The notes beneath the pieces are model-generated. The model was not told where the DNA came from. It saw only the letters and a program-made list of their open reading frames with translations, and made no database searches. From contig QCHO01000001.1 of NCBI GenBank assembly GCA_003279535.1, positions 26,375 through 90,374 on the forward strand: a DNA stretch of 64,000 nucleotides. The letters are read 5' to 3'. The translations under genes were made by a program, and so were the position numbers. This stretch comes from Prochlorococcus sp. AG-402-C22. Lineage in GTDB: Bacteria; Cyanobacteriota; Cyanobacteriia; PCC-6307; Cyanobiaceae. This document shows, piece by piece, positions 39,718 to 49,842 of the stretch (positions are counted from its first letter, which is position 1; every line of letters starts with the position of its first letter).

Positions 39718-40911
39718 ATGAAATCAATACAAAAACCAATAGTAATAGTTGGAGCAGGTTTTGCAGGTATGACATTTGCGTTGAGTTTAAAGAATCTTAA
39801 TCCTTCTTTACCGATTCTTGTGGTTGATTCTGAATCTAACTTTATATTTAAACCTTTAATGTATGAAGTCTTAAGTAAAGAAATAAGAATGTGGGAAGCT
39901 ACGCCAAAATTTGCAAATATTTTTTCTGATGCAGGTATAACTTTTTTAAAAAATTGTTTAACCAAGATTTCCTTTAAAGAAAATATTCTTGAATTTAGTG
40001 ATGAATTAAAACTAAGTTATCAATATCTTGTAATCTGTACAGGATCTATCCCAAATAGTTTTTCAATAAAAGGTGTAGATCAAAATTGTTATTTTTTTAA
40101 TGACTTTCAAGATCTAAAAAAATTAAAATCTTTTTTAAAAAAATCACAAAAAACTTCTTTTCATAAAAAGTTATTCATAGTTGGAGGTGGTCCCTCTGGT
40201 ATCGAGTTAGCATGTAAAATTAAAGATATATTTTTAGATCAATTTGAAATTAATTTAATAGAGAAATCAAATGAAATTCTTAATAGAAACAAAATTTTTA
40301 ATCGAGAACAAGCAGAGAAGGCATTAGAAAAAAGAAAAATCAATGTTCTTTTAAATTCCACAGTTAAAGAGGTCTCAGAAACTCAAATTAGTATTGATGG
40401 CGAGGATGGAATAACTTCTTTGGATAAAGATATTGTTATTTGGACTGCAGGAGTTAAACCTAATTTGTCTTATTTGGAAACTGATGAAATAACAAAAATA
40501 TTTGGAAGAATTTTAGTTAATAATAAATTGCAAATTGAAGAAAATAATAATTGTTTTGCTATTGGCGATATTTCAATTGTTGAGGGAATGGAGGATTTAC
40601 CCATAACTGCTCAGGTTGCTATGCAGGAGGGAAATCATCTGGCTAAAAATCTAGAACTATTAATTCAAGGAAAGGATCCTTTACCTTTTGAGTTTCAAGA
40701 CAATGGTGAAATGATTAGCTTAGGAATAGGCGAGGCTTCAATTTCTGGGCTTGGCGTTACTTTATCTGGTAAATTGGCTTTTGAAGCAAGAAGACTTATA
40801 TATGCTTCTAAGTTGCCTGATATTACGGAAAGCTTAAAATCTGCATCGTCATGGATATTCCAAAAAAAATCTATTTTTAAAAAGTTTTTTAAAAAAGATA
40901 ATTCCAATTAA
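39718..40911 (+). CDS. Type II NADH dehydrogenase-like FAD oxidoreductase
   Basis: VGAGFAG, FKPLMYE, VGGGPSGIELA, WTAG, AIGD, TAQVAMQ. Confidence 0.88.
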   Translation: MKSIQKPIVIVGAGFAGMTFALSLKNLNPSLPILVVDSESNFIFKPLMYEVLSKEIRMWEATPKFANIFSDAGITFLKNCLTKISFKENILEFSDELKLSYQYLVICTGSIPNSFSIKGVDQNCYFFNDFQDLKKLKSFLKKSQKTSFHKKLFIVGGGPSGIELACKIKDIFLDQFEINLIEKSNEILNRNKIFNREQAEKALEKRKINVLLNSTVKEVSETQISIDGEDGITSLDKDIVIWTAGVKPNLSYLETDEITKIFGRILVNNKLQIEENNNCFAIGDISIVEGMEDLPITAQVAMQEGNHLAKNLELLIQGKDPLPFEFQDNGEMISLGIGEASISGLGVTLSGKLAFEARRLIYASKLPDITESLKSASSWIFQKKSIFKKFFKKDNSN

Positions 40912-40960
40912 ACTTTTTTGAAATATTGTTTTTGGGTATATTGAGTTAAATAAGTTTCAT

Positions 40961-42772
40961 ATGAATTTAATTGCAGAAGTGAGTAATAATTTTGATGCGT
41001 TTATAACGGTAGTAGTTTTAATAATGTCAATCATTTTGTTTATCAAAAATACTATTGCGCCAGAATTAACTGGTTTGTTGTGTGTTGGAATATTTATAGC
41101 TACAGGGGTTCTTTCTCCTGAAAAAGCTTTAGCTGGATTTGGGAGCCCATCCTTAATTACCCTTATGGGTTTATTTGCAGTTTCCTCTGCATTATTTAAA
41201 AGTGGTGCCTTAGACAGAGTAAGAGAATTGATTTCATCTGAAAGTATTAGAACGCCAAGGAAATTAATTTCTTTAATAGCTTTTTTGATTGCTCCAATAT
41301 CTGGAATTGTACCTAATACTCCAGTAGTAGCATCTTTGTTACCTTTAATTGAAGGTTGGTGCGAGCGGAGAAATATATCACCTTCAAAAGTTTTATTACC
41401 TCTTTCTTTTGCTACTTTACTAGGTGGAACTCTGACACTATTAGGTAGCTCAGTAAATCTTCTTGTAAGTGATATTAGTCAACAATTAGGTTATGGAGCT
41501 TTGGAGTTATTTAGTTTGACTTCAGTTGGAATTCCTGTGTGGCTTATAGGCACAACCTATATGATTCTTGTTTCTGACATGCTTTTGCCAGATAGAGGGA
41601 GAGATAAAGAGTTTATTAAAAATGGGGATATGAATATTTACTTTACTGAAGTCACTATTCCTTCTACTTCAGAATTAGTTGGACAATCTGTCAGAAATAG
41701 TAGACTGCAAAGACGATTTGACGTTGATGTTCTGGAATTGCAACGAAATGGAAAAGTTATTCTTCCTCCTTTGGCTGATAGAAAGATTGAACCGGATGAT
41801 AGATTAATAATCCGCGTTACAAGGGCAGATTTATTTAGACTGCAGCAAGAACACACCATTCTGTTAGGAGAAAATAAAACATCTTTCGACGGAGCTAATG
41901 TTTTCTCAGATGATGAAGGTACAAAAACTTTTGAAGCCTTGTTGCCAGCAGGCTCAACTCTTGCTGGGGCAAGTTTGAGAGAATTAAGATTTAGGCAGCG
42001 TCATAATGCAACAGTTTTGGCACTCAGAAGAGGTCAGCAAACTGTTCAGGAAAGATTAGGACAGGCTGTTTTAAGGGCTGGGGATGTTTTATTATTGCAA
42101 GCTCCGTTAGATTCAATAAGAGGTTTGCAAGCCAGTAATGATTTGCTTATTTTAGATCAATTTGAAGATGATTTACCTTTTTTGATAAAAAAACCTATAT
42201 CTATTGCAATTGCTATAGGAATGGTGGTTTTGCCTTCGGTTACCAATATTCCATTAGTAGGGTCAGTTCTTTTAGCAGTTATTGCAATGGTCGCTTTTGG
42301 ATGTTTAAGACCTGCTGAAATACAAAAATCAATTAGGTTAGACGTTATTTTATTACTGGGTTCATTATCAAGTTTTAGTGTAGCTATGCAAGTCACAGGA
42401 TTAGCAGATTTAATAGCAGTTAATCTCAATTTTGCTCTTAATGGAATGCCTCTTTATTTTGCACTAGTCTTAATTTTTGTATCGACCCTTATCCTTACTC
42501 AATTTATTAGTAATGCTGCTTCTGTTGCCTTGATTTTGCCTGTCGCGATCGAATTTTCAAATGTTTTAGGGATTTCACCTAACGCTTTAATAATGCTTGT
42601 TTTATTCGGAGCAAGTCAGTCTTTCTTGACTCCAATGGGTTATCAAACAAATTTAATGGTTTTCGGCCCTGGAAGATATAGATTTTTTGATATTGCTAAA
42701 TACGGAGCTGGATTAACACTTATAATGTCATTCTCAGTGCCAGCATTGATAATTTTAAATTTTTATAAATAA
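40961..42772 (+). CDS. SLC13/CitMHS permease with two TrkA-C domains (putative Na+/sulfate or anion symporter)
   Basis: NTPVV, GGTLTLLGSSVN, TrkA-C repeats, ISNAAS, TPMGYQTN. Confidence 0.88.
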   Translation: MNLIAEVSNNFDAFITVVVLIMSIILFIKNTIAPELTGLLCVGIFIATGVLSPEKALAGFGSPSLITLMGLFAVSSALFKSGALDRVRELISSESIRTPRKLISLIAFLIAPISGIVPNTPVVASLLPLIEGWCERRNISPSKVLLPLSFATLLGGTLTLLGSSVNLLVSDISQQLGYGALELFSLTSVGIPVWLIGTTYMILVSDMLLPDRGRDKEFIKNGDMNIYFTEVTIPSTSELVGQSVRNSRLQRRFDVDVLELQRNGKVILPPLADRKIEPDDRLIIRVTRADLFRLQQEHTILLGENKTSFDGANVFSDDEGTKTFEALLPAGSTLAGASLRELRFRQRHNATVLALRRGQQTVQERLGQAVLRAGDVLLLQAPLDSIRGLQASNDLLILDQFEDDLPFLIKKPISIAIAIGMVVLPSVTNIPLVGSVLLAVIAMVAFGCLRPAEIQKSIRLDVILLLGSLSSFSVAMQVTGLADLIAVNLNFALNGMPLYFALVLIFVSTLILTQFISNAASVALILPVAIEFSNVLGISPNALIMLVLFGASQSFLTPMGYQTNLMVFGPGRYRFFDIAKYGAGLTLIMSFSVPALIILNFYK

Positions 42773-42773
42773 A

Positions 42774-44177
42774 GTGAAATTTAAGAGTAATTTATACAAG
42801 TTAAAAGATGTTTACAGAAAACTATCTGTACCTCAATTTACTATTGTCACAGGGTTATTCATTATTTTCTTTGGGACTTTAATTTTAAGTTCCCCTTTAT
42901 GTTCATCTTCAAAGGTTGGTTTATGGGAAGCATTTTTTACATCTACTTCTGCTATAACCGTTACTGGCCTAACCATAATTGATATTGGTGTCGATTTAAA
43001 TTTCTTTGGCCAAGTATTTTTGGCTTTTATGCTTTTATCGGGTGGTCTAGGATTAATGGCTATCACGACATTTTTACAAGGTTTCGTTGTAAAGGGAACA
43101 AAGCTTAGAACAAGATTAGACAAAGGAAAAACTTTAGATGAATTTGGAGTTGGAGGAATTGGTCGAACTTTTCAAAGCATTGCTATTACTGCAACTTGTA
43201 TCATATCTTTAGGCGCAATGGTTTTATATTCTTTTGGGTTTGTAGATATTCAAAATAATTGGGAAAGACTTTGGACTTCAATTTTTCACAGCATATCTGC
43301 ATATAACAATGCAGGTTTTTCTTTATGGTCAAATAGTCTTCAAGACTACAGAACAAATTTTCTAGTTAATAGTGTCTTTGTTTTTCTAATTGTTATGGGT
43401 GGACTGGGATGGCGGGTAATTGACGATATTTGGAGTAATAAAAAAAATCTTTCATATAAAAAATTGAGCCTTCATTCCAGACTAGTTATTAGGACAAGCC
43501 TGTCTTTAATATTATTCGGATCATTAGGATTCTTTATGATTGAATCATTGCTAGATAGTCAATTCTTTAATGATTTGAATTTGGTTGAAAAGTTACTATC
43601 ATCAATCTTTGAAACAGTGAGTGCAAGAACTGCAGGTTTTACAAATTATCCAATCTCATTGAACTCTATCTCGGATACCGGTCTTTTGTTATTAATGACA
43701 CTGATGTTTATTGGAGCGAGTACTGGCGGAACAGGTGGAGGCATAAAAACAACTACATTTATTGCTTTAATGGCCGCAACTAGATCAACTTTAAGAGGTC
43801 AAAAAGATGTAATTATTAGTAATAGATTAATTTCAGATAAAGTCATTTTAAAGGCAGTTGGAATTACTGTAGGCTCTTTACTTTTTGTGCTTTTAATGGC
43901 AATGCTGTTAAGTACAACTAATACATTTGTAAAAAAAGAATCTTTTACATTCTTGGAAATTCTGTTCACTTGTATATCTGCATTTGCAACAGTTGGATTT
44001 GATATTGGTTTAACTGCAAAATTAAATCATTTTGGCCAATTTATCCTTATTGTCGGCATGTTTGTGGGTAGGCTTGGTATCCTTTTGCTATTGAGTGCAC
44101 TTTGGGAGGCTCTTTATAAGAGTAGAATAGATAGACAAAAGAGAATTGGCTATCCTAGGGCTGATCTTTATGTTTAG
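42774..44177 (+). CDS. ktrB: KtrB/TrkH K+ uptake membrane subunit
   Basis: Pore loops SAITVTGL, SAYNNAGF, SARTAGF, SAFATVG; GGGIK. Confidence 0.92.
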   Translation: MKFKSNLYKLKDVYRKLSVPQFTIVTGLFIIFFGTLILSSPLCSSSKVGLWEAFFTSTSAITVTGLTIIDIGVDLNFFGQVFLAFMLLSGGLGLMAITTFLQGFVVKGTKLRTRLDKGKTLDEFGVGGIGRTFQSIAITATCIISLGAMVLYSFGFVDIQNNWERLWTSIFHSISAYNNAGFSLWSNSLQDYRTNFLVNSVFVFLIVMGGLGWRVIDDIWSNKKNLSYKKLSLHSRLVIRTSLSLILFGSLGFFMIESLLDSQFFNDLNLVEKLLSSIFETVSARTAGFTNYPISLNSISDTGLLLLMTLMFIGASTGGTGGGIKTTTFIALMAATRSTLRGQKDVIISNRLISDKVILKAVGITVGSLLFVLLMAMLLSTTNTFVKKESFTFLEILFTCISAFATVGFDIGLTAKLNHFGQFILIVGMFVGRLGILLLLSALWEALYKSRIDRQKRIGYPRADLYV

Positions 44178-44195
44178 GATTGACTGAGTTTTATT

Positions 44196-44900
44196 ATGGC
44201 TGATTGGTGGCAGTGGTCTCAAAAGAGGGAAAAAGAAGCCCTAACTTTTGCAGTTGTCGGCGTTGGAAGATTTGGAACCGCTGTTTGTAGAGAACTTATA
44301 AGTAATGGTGCAGATGTTTTGGCTGCAGATTATTCGGAAAAAGCTATTGATGATTTGAGACAATTAGAACCTTCGATAGAAGCGAGAGTTGTAGATTGTA
44401 CTGATGAAGAGTCTATGAAGGAATCTGGAATACTTGAAATGAATACTGTTGTGGTAGGTATAAGTGAACCCATTGAAGCAAGTATAACAACTACACTTAT
44501 TGCTAAGGATAGTGAGGGTAGCAAAGTCAAAAGAGTAATAGCTAGAGCTACGAGTGACTTGCATGAAAAGATGTTAAAAAGGGTAGGTGCAGATAAAGTT
44601 GTCTTCCCTTCCAGAATGCAAGGCGAAAGATTAGGTTTAGAATTAGTTAGACCAAATCTAATCGAAAGATTGGAATTAGATAACCAAACTGGTATAGATG
44701 AAATAACTGTTCCAGAAGAATTTATTGGAAGATCTTTAAGAGATTTAAATTTGAGAAAAAATTATTTAGTAAATGTTTTAGCAGCAGGACCTGCTGAACA
44801 GTTAACAGTTAATCCTCCTGCAAAATATATTTTGGAAAGAGGAAATATTTTGGTAGTTATGGGAAAAACTGCAGATTTACAGAAATTACCTCAAAATTAA
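44196..44900 (+). CDS. ktrA: KtrA/TrkA NAD-binding RCK subunit
   Basis: VVGVGRFG, VIARA, GADKVVFP. Confidence 0.92.
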   Translation: MADWWQWSQKREKEALTFAVVGVGRFGTAVCRELISNGADVLAADYSEKAIDDLRQLEPSIEARVVDCTDEESMKESGILEMNTVVVGISEPIEASITTTLIAKDSEGSKVKRVIARATSDLHEKMLKRVGADKVVFPSRMQGERLGLELVRPNLIERLELDNQTGIDEITVPEEFIGRSLRDLNLRKNYLVNVLAAGPAEQLTVNPPAKYILERGNILVVMGKTADLQKLPQN

Positions 44901-45209
44901 TTACTTTAAATCAGATTTTCTATAGTATCTAATCCTTTGAGGAGCTTTTTTTAATCTTTTGATGCTTTGTTTTTCAAGTTCGTCTCTAAATTTATTTGTA
45001 TTTAAATTATTTTCTGAGACAAGAAAGTTGCCTTCTTTCTCAAAATATTTTTTTATACCCTCTTGTATTAAAACTTTTGCCATATTACTTACTGTCCGAG
45101 ATTCATTATTAGCTAAATTAGTCAGTTGCTCACAAATTAATTCTGGAAGAACTACTTGAATTCTAGGTGATTTAGGCTTCCCATTTGTTGAATTTTGACG
45201 GGTAGCCAT
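44901..45209 (-). CDS. Ribbon-helix-helix (CopG-like) DNA-binding protein
   Basis: PRIQVVLP beta-strand, LTNLANNESRTVSNMAKVLI helix-turn-helix of the RHH fold. Confidence 0.8.
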   Translation of the reverse strand: MATRQNSTNGKPKSPRIQVVLPELICEQLTNLANNESRTVSNMAKVLIQEGIKKYFEKEGNFLVSENNLNTNKFRDELEKQSIKRLKKAPQRIRYYRKSDLK

Positions 45210-45222
45210 GATTCAAAGTGGA

Positions 45223-45279
45223 TAACTGTTACTTATTAGTATACACAGTTAGTCAAGGATACTATCTTTGTGTATATTA
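45223..45279. promoter_or_regulatory. Symmetric divergent promoter/operator region
   Basis: TAGTATACACA (45237-45247) and TGTGTATATTA (45269-45279) inverted pair; TAACTGT (45223-45229) and ACAGTTA (45245-45251) inverted pair. Confidence 0.5.
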
Positions 45280-45327
45280 TTAGTAAGGAAATTTATGTCC
45301 GTATCAATTAATTGTTTGTATTGCCCC

Positions 45328-45666
45328 ATGAAAAATTCAAGAAAACTTGATTCACCTAATAGGTCGATAATTGATAAAAAGAAAAAAAAATTAGTTAATT
45401 CTGATTCTCACGATAATGAAAATAGTGATGTCTTGGTATCAGCTGTAATTAGTCCATATTTGTTAACTCATCTTCATCATATTCTTCAACAGTCTGAATA
45501 TTATGCTCAAAAAGATGGTAGAAAATCTCATGCAGCTAATTTTGCGAAACTAAGAAAGGTATTATGTTTAGATGCAAGAAGTATGGCAGATGCATCAGCA
45601 AAAGAAATTAAAGATACGGATAATGATTTATCTTTTAATAAATATAATGAAAAAAATGTAGCTTGA
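45328..45666 (+). CDS. Hypothetical protein
   Basis: ATG 45328 (alternative 45295); ordered core VLVSAVISPYLLTHLHHILQQSEYYAQKDGRKSHAANFAKLRKVLCLDARSM. Confidence 0.75.
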   Translation: MKNSRKLDSPNRSIIDKKKKKLVNSDSHDNENSDVLVSAVISPYLLTHLHHILQQSEYYAQKDGRKSHAANFAKLRKVLCLDARSMADASAKEIKDTDNDLSFNKYNEKNVA

Positions 45667-45700
45667 AGTAATAGTCTATTAATAAATAGATTCTAAAAAC

Positions 45701-45931
45701 ATGTCTAGTAATGCTGAAAAGCTCTATAAGTTAATAGCTAACGATTCCACAAAGAAACAAAGTTTATTTATGACAGCTTTGACTAATCCTAAAAAAGCCC
45801 TAGATAAAATTTGCGATATCGGAAACGAGTATAATATTGCTGTCACGAAAGAGGAGGTTATTGAATATTTGGGTACTATTGACGACGAGGCAACTAAAAT
45901 GTGGTTAGTTAAGGCTCGAGGAGGTCTCTAG
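45701..45931 (+). CDS. Small protein resembling a Nif11-type leader peptide
   Basis: 76 aa; helical pattern like Nif11 leaders; ends ARGGL. Confidence 0.7.
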   Translation: MSSNAEKLYKLIANDSTKKQSLFMTALTNPKKALDKICDIGNEYNIAVTKEEVIEYLGTIDDEATKMWLVKARGGL

Positions 45932-46085
45932 TATAAGGTTTCGAATAATTGTTGTTTTGATTCGTCGTAGGTTTTATTCTTCTGTTGTAGCCACCTCCAC
46001 CAGCTAGAGTCCAAAAAAACCAATAACTTGGAATTGCAAGAGCTGCAGCTATGAAAATTACTACAATTTGTTCTATCCTTTTCAT
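45909..46085 (-). CDS. Small single-TM protein (58 aa)
   Basis: Manual translation MKRIEQIVVIFIAAALAIPSYWFFWTLAGGGGYNRRIKPTTNQNNNYSKPYTRDLLEP*. Confidence 0.65.
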   Translation of the reverse strand: MKRIEQIVVIFIAAALAIPSYWFFWTLAGGGGYNRRIKPTTNQNNNYSKPYTRDLLEP

Positions 46086-46156
46086 AATTTAATTTTATTC
46101 CACAAATTATTTTTTAGTAAATAAGCTCAGATTTTGTAAATTCTATTTTTAAAACA

Positions 46157-47767
46157 GTGATTAGATTTGAAGGTGTAAGCAAAATTTATTCTACAGATGT
46201 TGTTTTAAAAAATATTAATTGGGAGATCAAGAAAGGAGAAAAAATTGGCTTAGTTGGTTCCAATGGTGCAGGAAAATCAACTCAATTTAAGATCTTAATT
46301 GGTGAAGAAGATCAAACAAGTGGCACTATTATCAAAGAGGGAAATCCTAAAATTTCCCATTTAAAACAGGAGTTAGATTGTAACTTGAATTTTTCAGTGA
46401 GAGAGGAATTAGAAAGTTCCTTCAAAGATATAAAAATAGTTGCTCTTAAACTATTGGAAATTGAAAAAAAATTAAAATCATTAGATATAAAACAACATAT
46501 TGAGGAACTTGAAATATCAGTAAATCAACACGCTAAATATCAAGCAAAATTTGAATCATTAGGTGGCTATAAAATGCAATCTGATGTAGAAAAAATATTG
46601 CCAAAACTAGGTTTCTCTATCGAAGATGCTGATAAATTAGTTGGAAATTTTTCAGGAGGCTGGCAGATGAAAATTGCTCTTGGAAAAATTATCTTACAAA
46701 AACCTGATTTACTTTTACTTGATGAACCAACCAATCATTTAGATTTAGATACTATTTTCTGGTTGGAAGAATATCTATCATCGCTAAAGATTGCAATTAT
46801 AATAATTAGTCATGATAGATATTTTTTAGACAAATTATGTAAAAAAATAATTTTTGTAGATAGAGGAATATCTGAAATTTATAATGGTAACTATTCTTTT
46901 TTTGTGGAACAGAAATCTTTAAATGAAGAAACACAAAATAAAGCATATCAATTACAACAAAAAGAAATTCAGATTCAGAAGAAGTACATCGATAGATTTA
47001 GAGCTAGTGCAACTAGAAGTTCTCAAGCCAAGAGTCGAGAAAAACAATTAAATAAGATTTCTAAAATTGAGGCTCCTAAAGCAAAATCAAAAAGTCCAGC
47101 TTTTAATTTTCCTGATTGTCCTCGCTCAGGAAAATTAGTTCTAAATATCAAAAATTTGTCGCATAGTTATGAGGATAGAATCCTTTTTTTAGATGTCAAT
47201 TTAAAGATTTCTTCGGGAGAAAAAATAGCAGTAATAGGACCTAATGGCTGCGGTAAATCTACATTGCTTAAAATTATTATGAAAAAAATATCTCCTGAAA
47301 TTGGAGAAATTAATCTTGGCAAACATAATGTAATTACCAGTTATTACGAACAAAATCAGGCTGAAGCACTTTCACTTGAGGAGAGGATTATTGATTTAAT
47401 ATGCTATGAATCTCCGCAGTGGTCACAAAAAAAAGTAAGAACATTTTTAGGAGGTTTTGGCTTTCAAAATGAAACTGTTTTTAAATATGTTAGACAACTC
47501 AGTGGTGGAGAAAAGGCAAGATTAGCATTGGCTCTTATGATTATGAATCCTAGTAATTTTATGCTACTGGATGAACCAACTAATCATTTAGATCTTCAAT
47601 CTAAAGAAAACTTAGAATTAGCAATTAAAAATTATAAAGGTTCATTATTAATTGTTTCTCATGATCGATATTTTATTTCAAAGGTTGCAAATAGAATTGT
47701 CGAAATTAAAGATTCAAAGTTATTTTCATATGATGGTGATTACGAATATTTTTTAGAAAAAAAATAA
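46157..47767 (+). CDS. ABC-F family ATPase (ribosome-associated)
   Basis: Two NBDs (GSNGAGKST/FSGGW; [14 protein letters not shown]), DEPTNHLD twice, no TM segments. Confidence 0.93.
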   Translation: MIRFEGVSKIYSTDVVLKNINWEIKKGEKIGLVGSNGAGKSTQFKILIGEEDQTSGTIIKEGNPKISHLKQELDCNLNFSVREELESSFKDIKIVALKLLEIEKKLKSLDIKQHIEELEISVNQHAKYQAKFESLGGYKMQSDVEKILPKLGFSIEDADKLVGNFSGGWQMKIALGKIILQKPDLLLLDEPTNHLDLDTIFWLEEYLSSLKIAIIIISHDRYFLDKLCKKIIFVDRGISEIYNGNYSFFVEQKSLNEETQNKAYQLQQKEIQIQKKYIDRFRASATRSSQAKSREKQLNKISKIEAPKAKSKSPAFNFPDCPRSGKLVLNIKNLSHSYEDRILFLDVNLKISSGEKIAVIGPNGCGKSTLLKIIMKKISPEIGEINLGKHNVITSYYEQNQAEALSLEERIIDLICYESPQWSQKKVRTFLGGFGFQNETVFKYVRQLSGGEKARLALALMIMNPSNFMLLDEPTNHLDLQSKENLELAIKNYKGSLLIVSHDRYFISKVANRIVEIKDSKLFSYDGDYEYFLEKK

Positions 47768-47804
47768 AAAAAGTACAAAAACTTGTAATCAACAAATAAA
47801 TCTT

Positions 47805-48956
47805 TTAGTTACTTTGTAGATTAGTAATATCAGTTGGTTGAACTTTAACTCTTATAAGTGTATTTCTTCGCTTTAACAATATATTTACTTTTTTATTAAT
47901 TCCATTTTTACTTATTTGGCTTATAACATCTGAAGCTGCTTCAATATCTTTATTGCCCACTTTTATGATTATGTCATTTATCCTAAATCCGCTTTTTTCA
48001 GCTGGACTATTTGGTACTACATAACCAACTTTTACAGAGATATCATTAGTTTCAGGATTACTTTCATCTATTAGGCTTATACCAATCATAGGATGTATTA
48101 CTTTTCCGTTATTTATTAGTTGATAAGCAATTTCTTTAGCTTTATTAATTGGAATTGCGAAACTTAAACCCGCTCCAGGCCCTGATCTTATCAAGGTATT
48201 AATACCAATTACTTCTCCATTGCTATTTAGTAGTGGACCTCCAGAGTTTCCAGGATTAATAGCAGCATCTGTTTGAATCAATTCAAGTTTTTTATCATAT
48301 ATTCCTAATTGAGTAACGTTTCTATTTAGATTACTAATAATACCAAGGGTAACTGTGTTTTCCAGTCCGAATGGATTGCCAACTGCGATTGCCCAATCAC
48401 CAACTTTAATTTTTGTTGAATCTCCCAATTGGGCTTTTGGCCAAGGCCCTTTTCCTTCAATCTTAAGCACCGCTATATCAGTAAAAAAGTCTTGACCTAT
48501 AAGTTTTGCGTTTAATTTTTTGCCATTGGTTAAACCAACAATTACCTTATCGGATCCATTTACAACATGAGCATTAGTCATTACAAGTCCGTCTGCGAAT
48601 ATAAATCCACTTCCTTGGCTTTGCTCTATCTTTGGCTGATTGTCGTTAGGTAAATCTAATCCAAAAAACCTCTCAAAATATGGGTCTAGAAATATTTGAG
48701 AATTTCTTTGAAATTTTCTTTTTTTAACATATCTTTGAGTATCAATTGTCACCACAGAGGAACCAGTTCTTTCTACGGCTTTAGTTATGAAAGATTTGCT
48801 TGAATAATTATTTATTTCATTTAATTTTGTATTAATTAATGACTGGGCTATCACATTTGTCGGATATAAAATTCCTAATGCAATTGCTGACGAGAGAAAT
48901 AATTTATTATTCTTGTCGCTTCTCAATTTTGATTTTCTTATTATCTTCTTATTCAT
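47805..48956 (-). CDS. HtrA/Deg serine protease with PDZ domain
   Basis: GSGFI, TNAHV, TDAAINPGNSGGPL; ATG 48956. Confidence 0.95.
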   Translation of the reverse strand: MNKKIIRKSKLRSDKNNKLFLSSAIALGILYPTNVIAQSLINTKLNEINNYSSKSFITKAVERTGSSVVTIDTQRYVKKRKFQRNSQIFLDPYFERFFGLDLPNDNQPKIEQSQGSGFIFADGLVMTNAHVVNGSDKVIVGLTNGKKLNAKLIGQDFFTDIAVLKIEGKGPWPKAQLGDSTKIKVGDWAIAVGNPFGLENTVTLGIISNLNRNVTQLGIYDKKLELIQTDAAINPGNSGGPLLNSNGEVIGINTLIRSGPGAGLSFAIPINKAKEIAYQLINNGKVIHPMIGISLIDESNPETNDISVKVGYVVPNSPAEKSGFRINDIIIKVGNKDIEAASDVISQISKNGINKKVNILLKRRNTLIRVKVQPTDITNLQSN

Positions 48957-49101
48957 TTGGTACACAATATTTGTGTTGTATTACTATAACTATACAAAAA
49001 AATTAATTTAGTTTAGAGAAGAATTTAGTAACTTAAAATAGCTAATTTTCTTTTTTTCGAGCTATTATATAAATTAAATTACTTATTAATTTATAGGCTG
49101 A

Positions 49102-49365
49102 ATGACAATTCTATTTCCAATTATATATTCTGCAGCCCTGACTTATTTAGTTTGGAAAGCTTTTAAAGTGATGTCAAATGGATGGAATATATCTGGATCA
49201 GAAAAAAAACGTTTTAATAACTCAAATTTTAAACAAAAAAAATATACAATACATCCAGAACTTCTTGATAAATCAGGAAATATTACAGAAGAGGAGCTCC
49301 TAACAGTGAGATTTTCAAATGATAATGATTCTCCTCTTGAAGAAAAGGGTTCAACAACTGATTAA
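49102..49365 (+). CDS. DUF2973-like membrane protein
   Basis: N-terminal TM, AFKVM, TIHPELLD...EELLTVRF. Confidence 0.75.
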   Translation: MTILFPIIYSAALTYLVWKAFKVMSNGWNISGSEKKRFNNSNFKQKKYTIHPELLDKSGNITEEELLTVRFSNDNDSPLEEKGSTTD

Positions 49366-49390
49366 TTGAATTTAAATTTAAGGAAAAAAA

Positions 49391-49774
49391 TTGGAATTAA
49401 GAACAAAAATTGTCTCAGCGGTCATAAGATCCCTTAAGTTACCACCAAGGTTTCGTTTAAAAATGGTTAAAGAAGATCCCGTTAGGCTTGAACTAAGTCT
49501 CACCCCTTCTTATGGTAAAAATCCAGTTATTGTTGGTATAGTAGAATCTCTAGATTTAGTTGCTAGAAGAGATAGAGAAGGGAGAATACCAAGAGATCTA
49601 CAAGGAACATGGGATTGGACAGTAAGGCATGGCAAAGTAAGTACTGGAGGATGGAATCCTATGCTCAAGGAAGCGTTACAAACAATGTTTGATACAGGAT
49701 TGCCAGCCATCATTTATGAGGAACTCACTGGAGATGAGTATCGTCCTGTTGATGGTATTAGACATGTTAAATAA
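49391..49774 (+). CDS. Hypothetical protein
   Basis: 127-aa ORF with protein-like composition (WDWTVRHG, GGWNP). Confidence 0.78.
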   Translation: MELRTKIVSAVIRSLKLPPRFRLKMVKEDPVRLELSLTPSYGKNPVIVGIVESLDLVARRDREGRIPRDLQGTWDWTVRHGKVSTGGWNPMLKEALQTMFDTGLPAIIYEELTGDEYRPVDGIRHVK

Positions 49775-49842
49775 TCATTTATTATTTTTCGTAAATTCTT
49801 CCTCAAAACGTTAAAATAACAGCAGTAAAAAAGAAGCTTATT

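Noticed and set aside
48962-48997. Short inverted repeats upstream of the Deg protease (ACACAA/TTGTGT; TTGTAT/ATACAA) as an NtcA site
   Set aside because: Spacing does not fit GTA-N8-TAC, and 6-bp AT-rich repeats are expected by chance.
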